This document shows, piece after piece, positions 52,624 through 64,000 of a stretch of DNA of 64,000 nt. The DNA lies in the NCBI GenBank assembly GCA_907165135.1, contig OU015567.1, positions 15,686,001-15,750,000 of the forward strand. Reading direction: 5' to 3'. A program made the translations under genes and the position numbers. The notes under the pieces were generated by a model, which was not told the origin of the DNA, did not search any database, and was given only the letters and a program-made list of their open reading frames with translations. Every line of letters starts with the position of its first letter. Positions within the stretch are counted from its first letter, which is position 1. This stretch comes from Oikopleura dioica (Eukaryota; Animalia; Chordata).

Positions 52624-54830
52624 ATGAGCAGTTTTGGCATTCTTGGGCTGATTGCGTTGTTAAATGGCCTGCAAATTATTTGCCAAACACGAGGTAACTT
52701 GCATTTCGCGCATTGTTCACCGCGTGGCGAATTTATATAGATTCGTAAATTGTCATGCGATTCGCTGAGCGGGCTTATTTTTACAGTTACGCGTGATAAC
52801 GATCGCTTTATGCTCGAAATGGACCAATAAGAATAATATTTTTTATTGAATCTTCATTTCAGCCAATAAAAAGAGATTTTGCGAGCTTTGACGAATCAAA
52901 ATTCGCAAAAATCCAATAACTCATTTTTATTGGCCACTCGCCTAGCCAATCAGAAATCAATCTCCCGCCGAAATTTCTTTCTAGCCAATCAGAAGTGATT
53001 TTCTGGCTTTGACCAATCAAAGCTTTTAGAATTAAAACTCGAAATTGTTGATTGGTCGAGTTCAAAAATTGCAGTTTCTTATTGGCTAGCAAAAGAAATC
53101 TTCGAAAGTGGCAGTTTTTCTCGTCGATTTTTGAACTTTTTCATTACGAATTTATTTATTGTTTTAGGGTATAGGAGTATATTGCCAAAACGTCCAAAAC
53201 GACGTGTCATTTTTGCAAAAAGGTTCAATGTGGCGTAACATACATCTGCGACCAGCAATGGCTGGTTTTGAAGAACCGCGAGGAGTAGTTCCTTCGTTGG
53301 GAGTGATCACTCATCGACCGCAGATCATTTCAACTCAAATTTGTAATTCCTGTTTTTTGGCTAAATAGCTTTTTGGAGCAAATACAAGTTTTTTTTTCTA
53401 CTTTCAAGGACGTGGAATTCTTGTTAATTTACTAGTAGAATTTGGATTATAGTCGTAGCTAAATTTTTCGAATCGAAAAGACTTAAGTTGATTTGACCAA
53501 TTTAGCAATTAAGGGTTAAGGATATAGCCTTGAATATTGAACTTTCGTAGCGCCGAAACCTTGCTACGAATTCATTTGTTTTTCAAAGTATCCCTACCTA
53601 AAATCCATCGTAGATTTCGAAAATGTCCTTACTTTTAGTACTTTCTAGGGTGTTAGTACCTAAAAATCGACTTTTAAATCAAATAGACCGTCGTTTTCCG
53701 AAAATTTCCATTAAAAAGGTAAATCTGGATTGATGATATGAAAGATTGAAGCCTTCTCTCCAATCTAGCGGAGGATTTTGTAAAAATATTGAAAATTACG
53801 GCTTCTAGGAACTGGTTTTGATTGTACTTCGAAATGGAGAGTTGCGCGCGCAGCCAATGAGAGCGAGGGGAAAATCTCACTCAGCCATCGCTCACCCAAT
53901 TTTACACGAGAAATATTGTCGACAGCTTGGACGAAAGCGAACTGAGATTTTCCCCTCGCTCTCATTGGCTGCGCGCGCCACTCTCCATTTCGAAGTACAA
54001 TCAAAAACCAGTTCCTAGAAGCCGTAATTTTCAATATTTTTACAAAATCCTCCGCTAGATTGGAGAGAAGGCTTCAATCTTTCATATCATCAATCCAGAT
54101 TTACCTTTTAATGGAAATTTTCGGAGAACGACGGTCTATTTGATTTAAAAGTCGATTTTTAGGTACTAACACCCTAGAAAGTACTAAAAAGAAGGACATT
54201 TTCGAAATCTACGATGGATTTTAGGTAGGGATACTTTGAAAAACAAATGAATTCGTAGCAAGGTTTCGGCGCTACGAAAGTTCAATATTCAAGGCTATAT
54301 CCTTAAGCGAATCGACTTGACTCAGAATTTCTTTTAGTCGAATGAGTTAAAGAATTAGTCAACAAAAAAATTTTTAGTCAAAAATATATTTCTAGCCGAC
54401 ATTTGATTTTGCGATTTTGAATATTTTGACCAAACTCGGATTTTTTGACTAAAATCTAAACAATTTTTTGACTAAAAATTTTGATTCTTATGGACTAAAA
54501 TTCAAGTTAATTTATTGTATCTTTTAGACGACTAAAGACTTACAAAGATTATCTACTTGACATTTTGGAAAAGCTTTCGGCTCAAAATTAAGAGAATTTT
54601 GATTTTCAGCTAGGATCCAAGAAGCAGGGATCTCAAGGACGTGGAAGGGAGTGTAGAAAAACCAAGGCTGAGGTCGGCATCTCTTCCCGAGCAAGAAGGA
54701 CCGCAAGAGCATGTGTGCCCAGGGACACACCGCCCAGACGTGGATTAAGGGGATTACACCAGAATCACGACCGAGTCTTGACATAATCAAGCACAATCCG
54801 CGCTGACCCCATGATTAAACGGACAACCCG
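52624..54830 (+). CDS. Possible small secreted-protein gene (signal-peptide-like first exon); downstream exons unresolved
   Basis: MSSFGILGLIALLNGLQIICQTR|GTAAC at 52624-52693; GC-richer exon-like blocks at ~53168-53300 and ~54610-54830. Confidence 0.25.
53520..54302. mobile_element. Kolobok-like foldback MITE (~360-bp arms), copy 1
   Basis: TTAA TSD; termini GGATATAGCCTTGAATATTG / CAATATTCAAGGCTATATCC; near-perfect palindrome with a ~60-bp spacer. Confidence 0.9.
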
Positions 54831-55617
54831 GCAAGTTACTTGCTAATTTCGAAGTTCGAAGACCAAAATTATTGAAGCAATTTGGATTTTGGTCAAATTC
54901 AGAATCATGATTTTTTTTGTCTTTAAAGAATCTCTAGAATACCAAAATCATTAAAGAAAAAATTAATTTTCTCAGTCAACCAATCTAATTGCTGATCTTG
55001 AAAATTGGTCTCATCCAGATTGAGCAATCTTATTTCAAATAAGTTATTTGTCGAAAAAAGAGTGGTCGCCATTCTTATAAATTGGCCAATCAGATTTACG
55101 TATGGTAAATTTAGTTGAAATAAAGTCGAGTTTCGTAATAAAAAAAAAAATCCGTAAAAAAAAGCTGCACAGAAATAGACAAGACCGAAAAATGAGCTCT
55201 TCTCATATTTCTGGGTTAACTTTGTCATGTGAAAATGAACTTTTAATTCTTGCGCAACAACTGGTTTTTAGAAATTCAATCAAAAGAGGGAAACCCTCTT
55301 CTTTTGAATTTTCAAATGAGTTTTATTAAGCAAAGCAATATTAAAAAAGCAATGAAGAACGATGGGAACGGGAAAACTATACAGTGGTCAATGAAAAAAT
55401 TGTATTCGTCTTTCATCGATCCTAAGAAATGCTCTACATTTCGCAAAAACCACTGTCAATTTTTCTTTTACGTAAAATTCATCCATTCGATATTTCAATC
55501 TTTTTTAAATAACATGTGTGAGCATTCGTCATATTTGTTAATCCGATAGAAATCAATCGATTCGTCTGCAGCAACAATTAAACTGACTTATAGCGAGCTT
55601 ATATAGCGACTCATAGA

Positions 55618-55963
55618 ATGTGTAGCGGTGATGAGATAGTAAAGAAAGCAATTATATTCTTCTATTTCTATCTGTAAGTAAAATTAATCAATAATCTGAA
55701 CCAAGTGTTTTCTTAGAATTTGTTTTATTGCCTCGATTATTGTTCGAGAATTCATCAAAATTGTTGAGTACGACTGGAAAAAAAGAACGCTTCAGGATTT
55801 TATCGTTGACAATCCAGTACTTTCAGAAGAGTCGATTATGGCCTTTGTCGCTTCAATTATTGCGCTTTTTATGCATAAATACTGTCGAGAAGATCAAATA
55901 ACAATTGACGAAACCGGAGATGCTCAAGGAACTGATTCGGATTGGATCGGAGGAGTTGTTTAA
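55618..55963 (+). CDS. Possible small membrane protein (or pseudogene)
   Basis: Open frame EFCFIASIIVREFIKIVEYDW..IMAFVASIIALFMHKYC..GGVV* after a short GT-AG intron; splice phase not reconciled. Confidence 0.25.
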
Positions 55964-56387
55964 AAATATGCGATCTTATTCCAATAAAAATTCATTCGAA
56001 TACAAATCAGAAGTGTTTTTATTTGAAATATTTTCGAATAACGAGATTGTCGGTAATATTAGTATTTTAAATATTATAAATTTATTCGCAAAAAATAATG
56101 CAATCCACAAAAGTCGGTTGACTTTCTTCATCTGTATCGTCATCATCCTCATTGCTGCTTTTTGTAAATTGACGGCAAATCTTATTGAAGAAATACATGG
56201 TTGATGATAATTAAACTTAAAATTAATTGTAAGCTTGCAAATTAGCCTCAAGAGCATCGACGGAAATTTGTAAATACTCATGCGGATGCGGAAATTGTTA
56301 AACTTATTTTATCCAAATCAGTTTTCGAAATAGAACCGCCTTAATAAAAAAGCCTAACCGAAATAGGCTATACAAAAAAGACCATGC

Positions 56388-56990
56388 TCATTCCCTAAAA
56401 TTTCTTGTGTTGCTTCCCTTTTTTCGATTATTACCTGTGTGTGCGACGAAATATACAATAATACGTATAATTTCATCGTAGATAAAGATTCCAGGTCCAC
56501 CATCCCAGATATATAGGTAAATCCAGAAAAATGTTAAGAAATTAGTTGTCCTTATAAGCCATTGAAGTGGAAATGTGAGGAATACACCAATTCGTTCTCT
56601 ATAATGAGGCAATGATATTGCCGTCCCCAATACCACGAAAAAGCAACAAACAACAGTCAGAAAAACCGGAAAAACTGAGAATGGCATCATCGGCAACATT
56701 TTCGAATTCGCTTACTTGAAAATCAAATTGATATGTCTGCGATCTCGATGATGCCATTCCCACGTCGTACATTAAAAAATATTCTTTGAGCATCCGGAAA
56801 TAATAAGGCATTCGGTCCAAAAAACAAAGCCGCTTTTGCCAACAGCTCGTTTTTATCTTTTATTCTCGAATGATAGTTTGCGTGCTTCTTTATATGAGCT
56901 TTTCTGAATTCCCTTCTTGAATTTCATTGTTCACAATAGGCGCTTCTCTTCTCGTCTCTGTATCTTGTAGGAAGATTCTCCTACGAGCAT
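56388..56990 (-). CDS. Possible multi-pass membrane protein fragment
   Basis: Hydrophobic ORF 56388-56699 (VFPVFLTVVCCFFVVLGTAISL..FLTFFWIYLYIW) preceded by ORF 56599-56820 and a GTAAG donor; phase unresolved. Confidence 0.3.
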
Positions 56991-58242
56991 AAAGTACAGC
57001 CGGAGTCCAAAATAAGGGACACCAAGGGACTTTTTGACGAAAAATGCCGAGAATCTGCGCCTCAAAAAAATCTCATTTAAGGTACTTTTTCAGACGAGAC
57101 ATTTTTTTATTCAATCGACAGCAGATAAAGGAAATCAGTTGCTTGTTTTTTTAGATTTTTCGAGAAATGAAGTGATTTGTGATTGAGAATACTTTATCGC
57201 TTTAGAAAGACTTTCTTAATTCTGAATTTGACTGAAAGATAGGAAATTTTGCCCGCAAAGTTCAGCCCTGCATCTGATTCAAGTCGATAAGAGGGTTGAA
57301 AAATTAGTGTTTATGTAAAAAAGTTAAAACTGGAAGATGCGTGTCGCTTAATTCGCCTGTAATTACCCTGTAAATTCATAAGAAGCATGTTTGATAATCT
57401 CAAATCAGCATTTATGTAGCCATTACTTGTAATTACGATAAGTTTTACCAAAATCACATGTTGATTTTATCCCGTATCTTCTTTGCGAAGCAGAAAAACC
57501 GCGGTTTCAAGCATTTTTTTGAGGAAAAAAGTTCAAGTCTAAAGAAAAGAAAGAAAAAGAGGAAAGAAAACGGTGAGAGTTCTTCTAAATGGAGCCGCAT
57601 TCAAAGTGCAGAGAAAAATTTTTGCGGCGTCTGGAGCGGAATCGCGCCAAGAATAAGGCCTTTAGATTTGGTCAGACTTTTATGGCAGGAATTCAAGAGC
57701 TCTTACAAAGAAAAACCTGCATTACAAAACATATTCGTCTTATTTCTTTAGATCTTCAGATCTTTCTGAACACTTTGATTGGTGATTTAAGACAGTGAAA
57801 CCTTTATTTACAGTTCGAGTCAAAATTTTTAATAAGGGTGGGGAGTCCAACTGAGGACCTCATTATTGCCAATACTTCTGCGAGTTTTTCTTTGAAAATA
57901 AACATAGTGACACCCTTACTTTACTTGGTGATTTAAGGGAGTGATACCCTTATTTTAAGTTTGCGTCAAAGCTGTGCGTGACAACCTGTTTAAAAAACAT
58001 GAGTCGGAGTGAAAAACTTAAAATGTAGATTTCTTTTTATAATTTTGGCTTTTTTAAACCCTGACTTAGGTTTTCTACACAGGTTTTCACCCCCAATTTT
58101 GACTCGAACTTTGAATAAAGGTATCGCTCTCTAAAATCAACAAGTAAAATAAGGGTATCTCTATGTTAATTTTCAAAGAAAAATTTGCATAAAAATTGGC
58201 TATAATGACGTCCCCGCCCTTAATAAAATTGCCTGTTATTAA

Positions 58243-59028
58243 GGATATAGCCTTGAATATTGAACTTTCGTAGCGCCGAATCCCTGTTACGAATTCATTC
58301 ATTTTTCAAATTAACCCTACCTAAAATTCATCGTTGATTTCGAAAATGACCTTATTTGTAGTACTTTCTATGGTGTTTGTACCTAAAAATCGCCTTTAAA
58401 ATAAAACAGACCGTCGTTCTCTGAAAATTTCCATTAAAAAGGTAAATCTGGATTGATGATATGAAAGATTGAAGCCTTATCTCCAATCAAGCGGTGGATT
58501 TTGAAAAAATATTGAAGATTATGGCTTCTACTAACTGGTTTATGATTGTACTTCGAAATAGAGAGTGGCGCGCGCTGCCAATCAGAGCGAGGGGAGAATC
58601 TCAGTTAGATTTCGTCCTTGGCTGTCGACAAAATTTCTCGCGTAAAATAGGATGAGCGATGGCTGAGTGAGATTTTCCCCTCGCTCTCATTGGCTGCGCG
58701 CGCCACTCTCCTTTTCGAAGTACAATCAAAAACCAGTTCCTAGAAGCCGTAATCTTCAATATTTTTACAAAATCCACCGCTAGATTGGAGATAAGGCTTC
58801 AATCTTTCATATCATCAATCCAGATTTACCTTTTTAATGGAAATTTTCAGAGAACGACGGTCTGTTTTATTTTGAAGGCGATTTTTAGGTACAAACACCA
58901 TAGAAAGTACTAAAAATAAGGGTTTTTTCGAAATCTACGCTGCATTTTAGGTAGGGTTTCTTTGAAAAATGAATAAATTCGTAGCAGGGATTCGGCGCTA
59001 CGAAAGTTCAATATTCAAGGCTATATCC
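58243..59028. mobile_element. Kolobok-like foldback MITE, copy 2 (spacer in opposite orientation)
   Basis: Same termini and TTAA TSD as 53520-54302. Confidence 0.9.
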
Positions 59029-59745
59029 TTAAGCAAAAATCATCGTTGCACGTTTTAAGTTTCCTAAACGATTGAAAAATAAAATGACGGGTCTGGTCGG
59101 CCACAATCCTAAACAATGGAAAACGAGCTAAATGAATAGAATTACATCACTCGATTCCGGAAATGCTTGTTTTTCTTTTGAGGTTTTCTTTCTTAATTGA
59201 ACTTCAAATACAGTAATTTCAGCAAAAGAAGAAAAAGCGCTAGAATTCCGCTGCGCGAAGAATAAAAAAAAGGTGTCAGCTTTGGATTATTTTTTGTTTA
59301 TCATTTTCAGGGTACGCGGAGCATTCTTTTCAAAACAAGCTAATTGATAATTGCAAATGCTTGTTATCTGTAATTCTGTATTGAGTCCATTTCTAATGCG
59401 AGAACGCCACTTGCGAGTTGCGACATCATCTTATCTTAGAGTCAAAAAGCAGGAACTGGCTTTTTGAGGGATCGCCCAAGAAAACGTCAAATAAATCATC
59501 GAAATATTTCGACGCTTTTGCATTTCTCAAGACGAGCTAGAACGCTGCAAACTTTGATTTCGGAAGCGATAACGGGTTAAATCAACAAAAAAGCGCGAAA
59601 TTTACGAAAATCGCGGAGCAGAATTTGGCCGCTGATATTTGAAAAAAAGAGCGATACGGAAATCGTAAAAACCGGAAAGTATTTGCATCGGGTCATTTTT
59701 ACGGGCGTTTCGGAACCACGAAGTACTCAGAGCTACAGTTAGTTC

Positions 59746-60612
59746 CAGGGTTCAAAATCACCTCACCTAAAGGTGCACCTTGTTCAATTCAGGTGAGGTG
59801 CAAATTGTCACCTCACCCACCTCACCTAAAATTATTCAGATTTAAGCTTTTTTAGGTGCACCTAAAAGGTGCACCTTTTTTGAAATCATCACCTCACCCA
59901 CCTCACCTAAAACTTTCGAGATTTGGGCCTTTTCTAAGTGCACCTAAAGGTGCACCTTTTTTGTAATCATCACCTCACCTCACCTCACCTAGGAATGTTT
60001 TGATTTTAGGTGCACCTTTTTCTCGGTGAGTGTTTTGCTGACAGTTTAAAATCCAAACTTGGCTGTTGATTTCGAATCCTTTGGTAATACCCGGCATTTT
60101 TTACTGGGCAACCCGCAGATATTTCAACGGGTTACTCGCGCGGAGAGCCTTTTCACGGGCTACCCGCGCTACTAGTTTTATCTTTTCCGCGGAGTAGCTC
60201 GCGATTACCCGCAACCCTTTTGCGAGTTGGTCAGACGAGACCCGGTTTGTACCGAACCGGGTGGCGCAGGGCGGCGCAAGGCGGCGCTATTCAGTACCCC
60301 CCAAAATCCGTGCCCGCACTTGATCAGTTATCACCTAAATTTCACCCACCTCACCTAAAAAACTTCAAAAATCCGTCTTTTAAGGTGCACCCTTTTTCAG
60401 ACTATCACCTCACCCACCTCACCTAAAATTTTTCAAAAATTGGCTTTTTTAGGTGCACCTAAAAGGTGCACCTTTTTCAAATCTATCACCTCACCCACCT
60501 CACCTAAAATTTTTGAGATTTGGGACTTTTTTAGGTGCACCTAAAGGTGCACCTTTTATGTAATCATCACCTCACCTCACCTCACCTAAAAACTAGGTGA
60601 TTTTGAACCCTG
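59746..60612. mobile_element. hAT-like non-autonomous transposon with CACCT/AGGTGCACCT ~60-bp repeat arrays
   Basis: 8-bp TSD GTTAGTTC; TIR CAGGGTTCAAAATCACCT / AGGTGATTTTGAACCCTG. Confidence 0.9.
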
Positions 60613-60640
60613 GTTAGTTCTAGAGAACTTCGAATTTGCC

Positions 60641-62789
<2,149 letters not shown>

Positions 62790-62812
62790 CGATTCGAAAA
62801 TAATATTGTATA

Positions 62813-62947
62813 CAATGGTGTGTGGAGTTGCTGCACCCCTGACCCGCACTTTTTCTATTTTTTTCTTCTAGAAGTAGCAAAAGTGAGTGCTGCGTTTCTG
62901 CACCTTTTACCCGCAATCTAGGGGTGCAGCAACTCCACACACCACTG
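62813..62947. mobile_element. Tc1/mariner-like MITE just after the kinase 3 stop codon
   Basis: TA-flanked TIR CA(A/G)TGGTGTGTGGAGTTGCTGCACCCC and reverse complement. Confidence 0.78.
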
Positions 62948-64000
62948 TATATTATGATTGAAAAATAAATCTGAATAAAAGCGAAAAAAATTGTTGTCAT
63001 ATACTCTCTTCCCAAAAAAATTGATACCTTAAAATTTTTATTCTTGCTTATATATAAAAAATCTCTCGAATAATGGTAATTACGCTTGAAACTCTTTGGC
63101 CGAGTATTTCAGTCTCAAAATGGAACTCTTGTGGCTCTCGGATGAGCCGGATGAACCGCCAACCGCAGGAGCTTACTATTCGCCAAAGTGCCGCTTTTTT
63201 GTTCAGAATCCGAGTTTATGAAGTAACCTCTCGCCACAGATTATACCCGCTCAAAACCCACCCTCTTTCCCGTTTTTATCCTGCCAATTTTTGACAAAGA
63301 AAACAGTTTGAAACCTGACCTCAGAAGCCTGTGTAAAAACCTGAGTCAGGATTTGAAAGGACAAAGGAAAAGCCGCAAAGCGGCTTTTCTCATTCGAAAC
63401 CGCTCTGTATAAGAGCCATTTTGTTGTAATAATTTTGGCAAAGCCGCTTCGCGGCCTCGATTAAAAAAGCCGCTGCGCGGCTTTTCATTTTAGTTCTTTC
63501 AGAACCTGACTCAGGATCTCCACACAGGTTTTCGAGCCAAATTTGAAACAGTCTTTCCAAAACCGTTTTTTTAGAAACAAACAAGTTCGATTTTCGAGCC
63601 GATTCTAGTTTCCAGAGGTGTGCTGATCCAGTTGACCCAGGCCTTCTAAATTCGTCTCAGTTGCTCGCTTCGCAGTGTTAACGCGCCCGTGTCCCGTAAT
63701 TACGTCTCCTCCAAATCTACGCGAAATTGGTAGCTCCCTTAAGCATCCCTTGACTCAGCCCTCTTTCCCAGCATTTTTTTCAAGCTTCAATTTACAAATT
63801 CTTCAAAAAAATGCAAAAAAAAAAGTTCAAAAAAAATTCCGAAAATTTCAAAAATTTTCATTTTTTGACAAAAAAAGTCGTAAAAATCACGTTCTAGCGA
63901 GTTATGAAGAAAAAACAGAAAAGATTATTTTTGCTCAGATTACTGCGATAAAGCTGACGTATCTTATCGCCTTCTGTAAAACTTGACTTATCTACCCTTT

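Noticed and set aside
53674-54034. Mirror-image ORFs on both strands
   Set aside because: Artefact of the palindromic foldback element.

Overview
AT-rich eukaryotic genomic DNA with tiny (20-70 nt) introns, several of them non-canonical GA-AG, and a very high density of palindromic MITEs. This combination points to the larvacean tunicate Oikopleura dioica or a close relative (inference). Main contents: (1) three dispersed paralogous Ser/Thr kinase genes (5358-7224 -, 36330-38111 +, 60641-62789 +) and a copy with no visible kinase domain that is probably a pseudogene (12719-13690 -). All four end in the same ~120-aa C-terminal module, whose introns and silent sites are almost invariant while short loops are hypervariable and mosaic between copies. 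(2) A 4.2-kb Ty3/gypsy (Tor-like) LTR element (18448-22641 -) with identical LTRs but a decayed interior carrying about 54 strand-specific GCTC motifs. (3) Many non-autonomous DNA transposons (hAT-, piggyBac-, Kolobok- and Tc1/mariner-like), including two elements with unrelated ends sharing the same internal cargo and one inserted in an exon. (4) A few multi-exon genes of unknown function that can only be partly reconstructed. All exon structures and counts were derived by hand.
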